DNA of 22,570 bases from a bacterium (GTDB lineage Bacteria; Muiribacteriota; UBA6191): NCBI GenBank assembly GCA_036339875.1, contig JAYZAC010000125.1, positions 1 through 22,570 on the forward strand. Direction: 5' to 3'. Position numbers and translations under genes: made by a program. Shown here in pieces: positions 7,304 through 15,896 of this stretch. The notes under the pieces were generated by a model that was not told the DNA's origin, did no database searches, and saw only the letters and a program-made list of their open reading frames with translations. The stretch's first letter is position 1, and each line of letters begins with the position of its first letter.

Positions 7304-8245
7304 CTAATTTAAGAAAGCTATAACTTGATGGCTTAACCAAAAGTATAATGGTATACCTAGAATAACATTAAATGGAAAAGTGATACCAAGGGATGCAGTT
7401 AAAGAAAGAGTGGGATTGGCCTCTGGAACAGAGATTCTCATAGCGGCAGGTACTGCAATATAGGATGCACTAGCGCTAAGCGTAGCTAAAAGAGTTACTC
7501 CGCCAGGCGTTAGATTTAATAGACCTCCGATTAGCGAGCCCATCAATGCTCCCAGTAAGGGCATTAGAAGTCCAAAACTTAGAATGAATAATCCGTATCG
7601 TTTTAAGCTTCTCAGATGAGCTGAGGTTACTAACCCCATCTCTAACAGAAATAGTGCTAAGATACCCTTGAACTGATCAAAAAATAGTGGTTTCAGAGGT
7701 TCTATGCCTTCATCTCCAGATATCCATCCAATCAGGAGTCCACCCATTAGTACAACGACTCCTTTTCCAAGGAAAATTTCGTGTGATACTTCTTTCCAAT
7801 CGGTTTCTTTGCTAATTCCTCTGGCAAGCAATATACCAATAAAAATAGCAGGCATTTCTAATAAGACTACGAACAATGGCATATACTGCTCATAGCTAAT
7901 TCCTTTGGCATTAAGGAATGATACTGCGACTGCAAAGGTTCCTACGCTCACAGATCCATAGTGCGCTGCAATCGATGCAGAATCTACTCTTTTAAACTTT
8001 CCTAGATGCAATAAAACTGGGTAAGCAATTAGAGGTAAAATTATTCCTAAACTTGTTATAACTACAATCTGTGGAATGAGTTCAATCAAATTCTGTTTGG
8101 CAAGCTCCACGCCTCCTTTTAAGCCAATGGTTAGCAACAGCATGATGCTTAACAGATCATATATCTGAGATGGTAAACGCAGCTGGGAGCGCATGACTCC
8201 TGCGAGAACACCCATTACGAAAAATAATATGATGGGATCTTTCAT
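7304..8245 (-). CDS. sbtA: Sodium-dependent bicarbonate transporter family permease (SbtA / DUF897)
   Basis: About 10 hydrophobic segments; family motifs DPIILFF, IGLKGG, AAHYGSVSVGTF, FLLEMG, SASYIAVPAAMR, GITFPFN. Confidence 0.9.
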   Translation of the reverse strand: MKDPIILFFVMGVLAGVMRSQLRLPSQIYDLLSIMLLLTIGLKGGVELAKQNLIELIPQIVVITSLGIILPLIAYPVLLHLGKFKRVDSASIAAHYGSVSVGTFAVAVSFLNAKGISYEQYMPLFVVLLEMPAIFIGILLARGISKETDWKEVSHEIFLGKGVVVLMGGLLIGWISGDEGIEPLKPLFFDQFKGILALFLLEMGLVTSAHLRSLKRYGLFILSFGLLMPLLGALMGSLIGGLLNLTPGGVTLLATLSASASYIAVPAAMRISVPEANPTLSLTASLGITFPFNVILGIPLYFWLSHQVIAFLN

Positions 8246-8275
8246 TATTCGTTTTATTGCTCAAGTTTAGGCATT

Positions 8276-8313
8276 ATAAATGAAAAGTGACCGGGCTGAC
8301 TGACCCGGTCACT
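8276..8313 (-). terminator. Rho-independent terminator after the peroxiredoxin gene
   Basis: 10-bp perfect inverted repeat AGTGACCGGG (8286-8295) / CCCGGTCACT (8304-8313), followed on the minus strand by TTTCATTTAT. Confidence 0.8.
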
Positions 8314-8347
8314 GACAATCTGGTAAGGTCTGGGAAGACTCTACGTT

Positions 8348-8932
8348 CTAGTCGTTGGCTTTTTCAAAATATGCTTTAGATCCCTCTGGATCTGGAATCA
8401 TAGTGTCGCCACCCTCAGCCCAGTTGGCAGGACATACTTCACCGTGTTTCTCAACAAACTGGAAAGCTTTCAATACGCGAATAGCCTCATCAACATTACG
8501 ACCTACTGGGAGGTCATTAATGGTAGAGTGTCGAATATTTCCTGCTGGATCAATCAAGAAAAGTCCTCGCAGAGCTACGCCTCCATCTAGAAGAACTCCA
8601 TAATCTCGGGCAATTGATTTACTTAAGTCAGCTACTAGCGGATAATTTATACCCCCTAGTCCACCTTGCTTTCGAGGTGTATTTATCCAAGCGAGGTGTG
8701 TGAATTCACTATCAACACTGACGCCGATGATTTGAGCGCCTAGTTCTTCGAAGTCAGAAGCTTTTTCGCTAAATGCGATAATCTCCGTTGGACAAACAAA
8801 TGTAAAATCTAATGGGTAGAAGAATAGCACCTTCCACTTACCTTCATAGTCATCAAGACTTAGATCTTTAATTTGACCATTTACAACGGCCTTAGCCTTA
8901 AATTCGGGGGCTTTAGAAGTTACCTGAGGCAT
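8348..8932 (-). CDS. ahpC: Typical 2-Cys peroxiredoxin (AhpC/Prx1)
   Basis: Peroxidatic [13 protein letters not shown] and resolving GEVCPANW motifs; GGLG motif and C-terminal YF. AAGGAG SD. Confidence 0.93.
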   Translation of the reverse strand: MPQVTSKAPEFKAKAVVNGQIKDLSLDDYEGKWKVLFFYPLDFTFVCPTEIIAFSEKASDFEELGAQIIGVSVDSEFTHLAWINTPRKQGGLGGINYPLVADLSKSIARDYGVLLDGGVALRGLFLIDPAGNIRHSTINDLPVGRNVDEAIRVLKAFQFVEKHGEVCPANWAEGGDTMIPDPEGSKAYFEKAND

Positions 8933-9159
8933 CTATTTACTCCTTTTATGTTATTAATTAAACTCTCGATGCAGTTGTGCAATCAGCTTTGAGACAATAA
9001 GTTAACAAAACTAAACCGCGATTCCTAGAAAAAGTTATGTATTGCTAAATTTCAGAACGCTCTCCTAGCTAGACTTGGGTTCGAAATAAAGCGTTAACCC
9101 ATTGTATAACTTAATTTTGGTATACTTAAAGTGACGTTGATGGATGGGAGGGACCAATT

Positions 9160-10341
9160 ATGCTCATAGAACAGGACGGATTCGCCCAAGTAGGTCGCCA
9201 TCGGTTTTTAAAAACGGCTAAAAATAACTTCTGGGAAGATGCAGAAGAGGATCTGTGGGATTCTTGGATTTGGCAGCAGAGCAATCGAGTTAAAACTCTA
9301 AATACTTGTGAGAAAGTACTCAATATGACCGATGATGAGCGCAAAGCTTTCACAGGTTCTAGCGAGCAGTTTCACGTGGGAATAACGCCGTATTACTCCA
9401 GTCTTATGGACCCAGAGGATCCTAACTGTCCGATACGTTTGCAATCTGTTCCTCAGCTTGGTGAGCTAACAATATATCCCGAGGATTTAGAGGATCCTTT
9501 GAACGAAGAGGGAGATATGCCCACACCTTGCATCACGCACAGATATCCAGATAGAGTGTTATTTTATGTTACTCACAACTGCCCAGTCTACTGCAGACAT
9601 TGTACTCGAAAAAGGAAGGTAGCGGACCCTAGTTCAGCAACAATGAATAAGCAGTTGGAGGAGGCATTCCAATACATTGAATCCCATACTGAAATTCGCG
9701 ATATAGTATTGTCAGGTGGAGATCCTCTAAGTTTGAGCGATAAAAAGTTAGATATGATTTTAACTCGAATTCGCTCAATACCACATATTGAGATCTTTAG
9801 AATTGGTACGCGTAATTTAGTGACATTACCCCAAAGGGTAACTCCTGAGTTCGTGGAGATGCTAAAAAAGCATGCTCCAGTGTACGTAAACACGCATTTT
9901 AATCATCCTAAAGAATGTACATACGAAGCTTATTTAGCTTGTAAACGACTGGCAGATGCTGGATGTGTAATTGGAAATCAAAGCGTTCTTCTCAAAGGAG
10001 TAAATGATGACCCTGAGGTGATGAAAGAGTTAATGCAGAAATTATTAGCAATGAGAGTCAGGCCATATTATATCTATCAATGTGATCTTTCTCAGGGTAT
10101 TTCTCATTTTCGTACGAGTATTGAATCAGGGATCAAAATCATTGAACATCTGCGAGGGCATACTTCTGGATTAGCCAATCCGACATATGTCGTTGATGCG
10201 CCTGGTGGCGGTGGTAAAATCCCCCTCCTGCCGGAATATCTTATCAAGAAGGATGGCAATGAATACACTCTGAGAAACTATGAAAACCGTAAATTTATCT
10301 ACGTAGAACCTGCTCACCTGACTGAAGATGTTAAAGAATAG
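9160..10341 (+). CDS. kamA: Lysine 2,3-aminomutase family radical SAM/PLP enzyme
   Basis: HRYPDRVL, CPVYCRHC (CxxxCxxC), SGGDPL, THFNHP, YIYQCD and VDAPGGGGKIP (PLP lysine). GGGAGG SD. Confidence 0.88.
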   Translation: MLIEQDGFAQVGRHRFLKTAKNNFWEDAEEDLWDSWIWQQSNRVKTLNTCEKVLNMTDDERKAFTGSSEQFHVGITPYYSSLMDPEDPNCPIRLQSVPQLGELTIYPEDLEDPLNEEGDMPTPCITHRYPDRVLFYVTHNCPVYCRHCTRKRKVADPSSATMNKQLEEAFQYIESHTEIRDIVLSGGDPLSLSDKKLDMILTRIRSIPHIEIFRIGTRNLVTLPQRVTPEFVEMLKKHAPVYVNTHFNHPKECTYEAYLACKRLADAGCVIGNQSVLLKGVNDDPEVMKELMQKLLAMRVRPYYIYQCDLSQGISHFRTSIESGIKIIEHLRGHTSGLANPTYVVDAPGGGGKIPLLPEYLIKKDGNEYTLRNYENRKFIYVEPAHLTEDVKE

Positions 10342-11023
10342 ATTAGTTTTAGTACCCAGTGCAGCTGAAGCGGAAGTTGTTTTGGATGTACTGAATCCAT
10401 TTTTGACAATAAATAAGACTCCTTACACAGTCCACAAAGCTACTGGAAACGGAGAAGATTTATTAGTCGTGGAGTGCGGGGTTGGTCCAAATCTTGCCGC
10501 CGCTGCGGTAGCTTGGTCGGTGGCTGGTTTCAGTTTATCTGAAGTAATTCTTATCGGTTTGGCAGGATTATCGCCCGACTCCCATTTAGCTCTAGGTGAT
10601 TTAGTTAGTGTCTCAGAGGTTTTAAGTTGTCGTTTAGGTGGAATGCGAAACGGTTCTTTTGAGGGCATTGATAATGTGTTACCTCTGACTTCCTTCAACC
10701 CTCAAGTGAAAACAAAGATTCAGAGCTCAGAAAGTCGACTGAAATTAAATGAGGTTATTTGTGTTTCATCAGAATTTGTATCTCGGGAACCAAGTGATTT
10801 AGATTATCTTAAGCAATTCGAGGGAGCCCAAATAGAAGCTATGGAAACAGCTGGTTTTGCTCAGGCAGCTAGTTTAATGGATGTTCCTTGGTTTGAATTG
10901 AGAGCTTTAAGTAACCACTGGGGAGTTAGCGATCATAGGAATTGGAAGTGGGATCTATGTAAAAATCAGTTGGCACAGGCGGCCAAACTAATTGCGGAAG
11001 GTCCGCTTCGAAAAGATGCTTGA
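10328..11023 (+). CDS. mqnB: Futalosine hydrolase (MTA/SAH nucleosidase / PNP fold)
   Basis: CGVGP...AAA, VILIGLAG, EAMETAGFA and ELRALSN...W motifs; directly upstream of mqnD. Confidence 0.75.
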   Translation: MLKNRLVLVPSAAEAEVVLDVLNPFLTINKTPYTVHKATGNGEDLLVVECGVGPNLAAAAVAWSVAGFSLSEVILIGLAGLSPDSHLALGDLVSVSEVLSCRLGGMRNGSFEGIDNVLPLTSFNPQVKTKIQSSESRLKLNEVICVSSEFVSREPSDLDYLKQFEGAQIEAMETAGFAQAASLMDVPWFELRALSNHWGVSDHRNWKWDLCKNQLAQAAKLIAEGPLRKDA

Positions 11024-11795
11024 TATTTATATATCTCCCTGTCCCAACGATACCTACATGTTTCATTCTTTATGTAAAGGCATTCGCAAGATGTCGGTGC
11101 CTTTAAGGTTTCACTATCTTGATATTTCAGAACTCAATCAGAGGGTTTTAAGTGGTGTTTCTGGTGTGTTCAAACTTTCTTTTGCGACTCTTTTTCGAGT
11201 AGAAGACAATTATCAAATGCTTAATAGTGGTGCTGCGTTAGGTTATGGTTGTGGTCCGCTACTTTTGAAAAGGCCTGGAATGGGTAATCCTGATCCAGAT
11301 AGTCTAATCGCAATACCAGGAGCCTCCACCACTGCATACGCTTTGCTAAAGAATTATTATCCATTCATTCAAAAAACTATCTCTATGCGCTTTGATGAAA
11401 TTCCCAAGCAAATGATGGAGGGTAAGATTGATTATGGTTTAGTTATTCATGAAACTCGATTTGTTTATAAGGATTTAGGGTTGGAGCTAGTTTGCGATCT
11501 AGGTGAACTTTTTGAGAATGATACTAAAGCTCCAATTCCTCTTGGAGCTATTGCAGTTCACAAATCTCTATATGATTTTACGGAAGAATTAGAACAAGTT
11601 ATTCGAGATTCAATTAATGATTCTAACGAAGATTTCCCCATAGAATTTTGCCAAAAATATGCACAAGAAATGGATCCTCAAGTTCTTCGTAACCATGTAA
11701 AAACATATGTAAATAAATTTTCATTGGATTTAGGTAGGAAAGGTTTACTTGGGGTTAACAAGTTGCGGGAGTATTGTTTAAGAGCGAGTACCTAA
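11016..11795 (+). CDS. mqnD: 1,4-dihydroxy-6-naphthoate synthase (futalosine menaquinone pathway)
   Basis: SPCPNDT, GAALGYGCGPLL, IAIPG..TTA, VIHETRF, PIPLGAI and YVNKFS motifs. True start is most likely ATG 11016, overlapping the mqnB stop, rather than 10992. Confidence 0.92.
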   Translation: MLDIYISPCPNDTYMFHSLCKGIRKMSVPLRFHYLDISELNQRVLSGVSGVFKLSFATLFRVEDNYQMLNSGAALGYGCGPLLLKRPGMGNPDPDSLIAIPGASTTAYALLKNYYPFIQKTISMRFDEIPKQMMEGKIDYGLVIHETRFVYKDLGLELVCDLGELFENDTKAPIPLGAIAVHKSLYDFTEELEQVIRDSINDSNEDFPIEFCQKYAQEMDPQVLRNHVKTYVNKFSLDLGRKGLLGVNKLREYCLRAST

Positions 11796-13504
11796 TTTTT
11801 CTTTTCAAATTCGCCCATGTCAATACTGATTTTAAGTGGATTTTTACCGGCGTTAATCAACTTACGAGTCTCATCATAGAACTCCGGCGTGAAATAATTC
11901 TCTTCCCGAGTGATATTAAATTTAGGTGTACCAGTCTCGCCGAGATTTTTAACACAGCGGAAGGCATGTAATGCCATCATGTGAGATATATATCGCATAC
12001 CTATACTCAGTTTTGTACTAATTTCAGAGTCATTTTGAGGTAGGTTTCCATGTCCCCTGTATACTTTGAAAGAACTACTGGATAACAGCAAGGTCGGATT
12101 ACGATAACCTTGCTGTTTTTCAACCATCTCATATGGTGCGAAAGAATCTAAGGTCCATTCGTCATAACCTAAAACTATCTGATTGATACCAAAATATCCT
12201 ACAGGCTCTTCCTTAGGACCTAATTTCACATCTTTATCCTCAGAGAGTCCTTTAACAGCCTTTTCCCATTGAGCTTCTGAGGGTAAATCCATTTTTTGTT
12301 GCCTACAATATGCTCGAGCATGATTCCATGTAACATACGCTAACTCTACTTTAGTGTTATCTCGTACAATACCTAGTTTGTAAGGCAATTTAATTTTACT
12401 TTTATTCACGAAATCTTGAAATTGCTTAGCGGTAACTAATTCCCGGTCAATTTCATATGCATCTAAATAAATCATTCGTTCGGGAGCAGCCATTGGTATT
12501 TGTGAATCTCCCATTAAGAATATTCCGTAAGGAATAATTATACTGTCGCTTGTTTGGCCTTCTTTTTCTTCACTGACAAGTAATTCGCGTTCTTTCAGGG
12601 TCTTGAAAGATTCTAGCTTTAGCCTCCTACTGCGGTCATTCTCATCTACTTTCTTTTGTCTATTCTGTATTTTTGTAACATTTCTCTTAGTTGATATATC
12701 GAGTACTTGCTGCTTATCTTTTTTACTACCGTAAACTAAAGCTTTAATTTCATCAGGGTTCATATTCAAGAAATCAGAGGAATCCGCTAGGATAGTGTTT
12801 TTATCTCGGGCGCAACGAAAACCGATATCTAGATTAAAGTTTTCAGTAGGATCAACTGTCACGTAAGAGCCGACTTTTATACCATTAACTGATGACTTGA
12901 AACTGCCTCCGTAAACTTTGTATTTGCCTTTTCCTTTGAACTTTTTTACTAGTTCATTTTTTTCGAGAATTTCTAATGGTTGATCGGCGTAATCTTGTGT
13001 CCATTCCGATACATTTCCAGCGAGTTGATATATCCCTTCATAAGTTCGAAATTGATGAAAAGAATTTACTGAACTGGTGGTCAAAGGTTTCTGAGAATGT
13101 GTAATGAAGGGTGCTTTTTGAAAACTTGGGAATTCATTTCCAAAAGGATATAACTGGGGAACTTGCCCTTGAGATGCTCGGATAAATTCAATCATACGAG
13201 GTAATCTTTTTCCTTGAAATCTGCAATAAAGACTGGCGTCGTACCAGTCCATTCCAGCAGCCGGTTGTTCAGCTCCAGAAAAACCATCAATTTTCAATGA
13301 TAGTGGTTTATTAACGTCAGCTTTATCTATGAATTCTGCATATTTAGCATTGGTCACTTCGAATCGATCAAGATAAAACTGAGGTAGATTGTATTTAGTT
13401 GTACCAACATATGTTGGTCCAGCTTCAAACATGATCTCTGTACTATCATTCGCTCGCAGAGGCGCAATTAATAAAAAGCAGATGGCGAGTAATTTGAATA
13501 TCAA
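11792..13504 (-). CDS. Exported protein with two tandem FGE-sulfatase (SUMF1/CLec-type) domains
   Basis: Signal peptide; domain 1 FYLDRFEVTNAKY...WYDASLYC...GKRLP...LAGNVSEWT...IGFRCAR; charged helical linker; domain 2 FLMGD...YEIDRELVT...WNHARAYC...LPSEAQWEKA...AFRCVK. TTG start abuts the K+ channel stop. Confidence 0.8.
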   Translation of the reverse strand: MIFKLLAICFLLIAPLRANDSTEIMFEAGPTYVGTTKYNLPQFYLDRFEVTNAKYAEFIDKADVNKPLSLKIDGFSGAEQPAAGMDWYDASLYCRFQGKRLPRMIEFIRASQGQVPQLYPFGNEFPSFQKAPFITHSQKPLTTSSVNSFHQFRTYEGIYQLAGNVSEWTQDYADQPLEILEKNELVKKFKGKGKYKVYGGSFKSSVNGIKVGSYVTVDPTENFNLDIGFRCARDKNTILADSSDFLNMNPDEIKALVYGSKKDKQQVLDISTKRNVTKIQNRQKKVDENDRSRRLKLESFKTLKERELLVSEEKEGQTSDSIIIPYGIFLMGDSQIPMAAPERMIYLDAYEIDRELVTAKQFQDFVNKSKIKLPYKLGIVRDNTKVELAYVTWNHARAYCRQQKMDLPSEAQWEKAVKGLSEDKDVKLGPKEEPVGYFGINQIVLGYDEWTLDSFAPYEMVEKQQGYRNPTLLLSSSSFKVYRGHGNLPQNDSEISTKLSIGMRYISHMMALHAFRCVKNLGETGTPKFNITREENYFTPEFYDETRKLINAGKNPLKISIDMGEFEKKN

Positions 13505-14572
13505 TCAAGCCACCTTTAAATTATTAAAATCCCGTTTATGGTCACTAATATATAGAATCTGATGACCATCAGTAAGCTTAAATTTATCGTCCACACGAAG
13601 TTGGCGCCCTTTTTCTAAAATACCAACAGTTCTAACATTGTCCCATTGCTCTTCGACTTTTTCACAAAGAGTTCCGAGAGAAATGTTCAGTACATTATTA
13701 GGGGCTCTCTCAATGTAGAACTGAAAGCCACGCTCATTGGTCAGTAAACTTTGCAATACAGGATTTAGTCCTAGAGCACTAACTCCTTGAACAATTAAGC
13801 CCGCTGCTAGTGATTCAAGTACTATGACTTCATTTGCACCTGATTCATACATAGTCAGCTCATTTTCACGATTTAGACATTGAACAATTATTATGCCTTT
13901 AGAATTTTTTTTCATATGCTTTTTGGTGTTCAATAATCGCATTAAGCTGACTCCATCATAGTCAGAGTTGTGGGTATCGTCAGCAAGAATAATAACTTTT
14001 CTGGCACTCTCGAGATTTGCTTTTATTAGTATTTGAGAGTGAATCGGGTTTCCTTTAATGAAGTGGACTTTAAGTTTCTGTAGAGCTTCCGGGTTTTCTT
14101 CGATTTGATCGGTTACAAAAGCTATTGGCATGGATCCCAATCGATCATCAAGCTGAATTTCTTTTACAATTTCTTTGATCTGTTGTTCTCCAGGGTAACC
14201 CAGAATAACAATATGATTTTGTTCTTTCATGCTAGAAAGTCCTCTCAGTTTTTTTGATTTTTTGGTGATATTATTCTGAACGTTTTCTAAAAGAATCGCT
14301 AAGATTGCGATGCCTAAAAGCATGGTTGGGACACCGACCAGAAATCTACCTAATGTTGTTTGAGGAAAAAAATCTCCATAGCCGACTGTAGTCATTGTTA
14401 CCACTGACCACCAGACGGAATCCAAGTAGGTTAAGTTTTTTTGATGGGCACCTTCAATGAAGTAGAAAGCGAGACTGGAGCTTAAAATCATCATCATCAC
14501 TAAAGGAATCAAAGGTACTTTACTACCGCTGAATAGATTCTTGAATTCAGATAGAATCACGTGAAAATGCAT
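13505..14572 (-). CDS. Potassium channel, 2TM pore + RCK domain (MthK/Kch-like)
   Basis: Pore helix and filter SVWWSVVTMTTVGYGD; RCK domain starting NHIVILG. Start reassigned to ATG 14572, preceded by GAGGAG at 14583-14588, which removes the overlap with the divergent gene. Confidence 0.9.
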   Translation of the reverse strand: MHFHVILSEFKNLFSGSKVPLIPLVMMMILSSSLAFYFIEGAHQKNLTYLDSVWWSVVTMTTVGYGDFFPQTTLGRFLVGVPTMLLGIAILAILLENVQNNITKKSKKLRGLSSMKEQNHIVILGYPGEQQIKEIVKEIQLDDRLGSMPIAFVTDQIEENPEALQKLKVHFIKGNPIHSQILIKANLESARKVIILADDTHNSDYDGVSLMRLLNTKKHMKKNSKGIIIVQCLNRENELTMYESGANEVIVLESLAAGLIVQGVSALGLNPVLQSLLTNERGFQFYIERAPNNVLNISLGTLCEKVEEQWDNVRTVGILEKGRQLRVDDKFKLTDGHQILYISDHKRDFNNLKVA

Positions 14573-14653
14573 ATTGATTTTACTCCTCAACAATCTTTCG
14601 GCTTTGAGAGATTCACAATGGAGGGTTTGAGTTGGTAAACTATACTTCATTAT

Positions 14654-15874
14654 ATGCAGCAAAATAGATTTCGGCGCTATCAACTTAATAAAAAGAGTTC
14701 TATACAAGTTCGCAACGAACATCCTTGGGTCTTCACAGGCAATTTATCCAGTGCCGCGAATGTATATCAATCGGGTCAGTGGCTAAAGCTTTTTGATGGC
14801 TCGAACAGAGTTATAGGTTACGGTATTTATTCAGGTGATGATCGTATTGGAATACGTGTCTTTCATTTTGGTGAAACTGTACGTAATCGCTTTTTTTACA
14901 AAAAGCTTCGTGAGGTTATTCATAAGAAGGAGAAATTACTCACGGAAACTGACGGTGTACGATGGATTAATGGTGAAAGTGATGGTTTTCCGGGTATTAC
15001 CGTTGACCAATACAGCGATTATCTAGTCGTACAATATTATTCTCCTTCGCTCTATGGTCTGGCTCGCTTAGTAAGTTTTCTGATGAGTCATGTATTAGAA
15101 AAAAGCCCAGTAAATATCCTTGTAAGATCAGCTACTAAGATAGGTCTTAAGTCTGGCAATGGTCTCAAACCACCTCGATGGACGCGTGGTAAAGCTCCGA
15201 TTGGACCCGTGCAAGTTTTTGAAGGAGAGCAACGTTATTATGTAGATCTAGAATCGGGTCAAAAAGGTGGCTTTTTCTTGGATTTAAGAGGCTCAAGGAG
15301 AGCTTTATCAAAGCTTGACCTAACGGGCATGCGTGTTTTAAATCTATTCAGCTATTCAGGTGCTTTTTCTGTCATAGCTTTGCAACGCGGTGCCGCAGAA
15401 GTTGTCTCTGTTGATCAGAGTCGACAAGCGCAGGAAATTCATCGTAAAAACTTAAGCCTGAATGGCTTGGATGATGGTAGAGATCGTTTAGTTTGTTCGG
15501 ATGTTTTTCGGTTTTTAGCAAATTTGGAAGACAAAGATAAATTTGATCTAATTATTATTGATCCTCCCTGTATGGCCAGTAAAATGACTCAGGTCCCGAT
15601 GGCACTAAAGAAATTGGAGCAATTACACTATTTAGCCCTTTCTCATCTTAATGATGAGAGTCTTTGGTTTAGTATTTCGTGCACAGCTAGATTTACCTAT
15701 GAAGATTTAGTGTCCTCGGTAGGTAAGGCTTCAAAATCAATTTTTGGTAAGGGTAAAACTCAGATCGCAGAAGTAATTTCTGAGGAAGTGGATCATACTA
15801 CGATTAAATGCTTTCCTGAAGGTCGCTATCTCAACCAAGTATTATTTGCTAATTTTAAGTTAAAAATTAAGTAA
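14654..15874 (+). CDS. rlmI: RlmI-like class I SAM-dependent rRNA (m5C) methyltransferase
   Basis: PUA-like N-terminus HPWVF; NGESDGFPGITVD; GQKGGFFLD; VLNLFSYSGAFS; DPP motif; catalytic-Cys region SISCT; FPEGRYL. Confidence 0.8.
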   Translation: MQQNRFRRYQLNKKSSIQVRNEHPWVFTGNLSSAANVYQSGQWLKLFDGSNRVIGYGIYSGDDRIGIRVFHFGETVRNRFFYKKLREVIHKKEKLLTETDGVRWINGESDGFPGITVDQYSDYLVVQYYSPSLYGLARLVSFLMSHVLEKSPVNILVRSATKIGLKSGNGLKPPRWTRGKAPIGPVQVFEGEQRYYVDLESGQKGGFFLDLRGSRRALSKLDLTGMRVLNLFSYSGAFSVIALQRGAAEVVSVDQSRQAQEIHRKNLSLNGLDDGRDRLVCSDVFRFLANLEDKDKFDLIIIDPPCMASKMTQVPMALKKLEQLHYLALSHLNDESLWFSISCTARFTYEDLVSSVGKASKSIFGKGKTQIAEVISEEVDHTTIKCFPEGRYLNQVLFANFKLKIK

Positions 15875-15896
15875 TAAGGCGATGGCTTTACGGTAT

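Noticed and set aside
6219..8932. Selenocysteine or stop-codon reassignment in the redox genes
   Set aside because: The active sites use ordinary Cys codons, and TGA acts as a normal stop at overlapping gene junctions (6222, 6729, 11023).
10992..11015. Upstream start for mqnD in the ORF track
   Set aside because: MqnD homology starts at MLDIYISPCPND, and ATG 11016 gives a typical short overlap with the mqnB stop.
11792..13504. FGE/CLec-fold protein as a diversity-generating retroelement target
   Set aside because: No reverse transcriptase, no Avd-like gene and no visible template/variable repeat pair differing at adenines in the window.
14573..14722. 50-aa N-terminal extension of the K+ channel given in the ORF track
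   Set aside because: It overlaps the divergent methyltransferase gene, and a clear GAGGAG SD supports ATG 14572.
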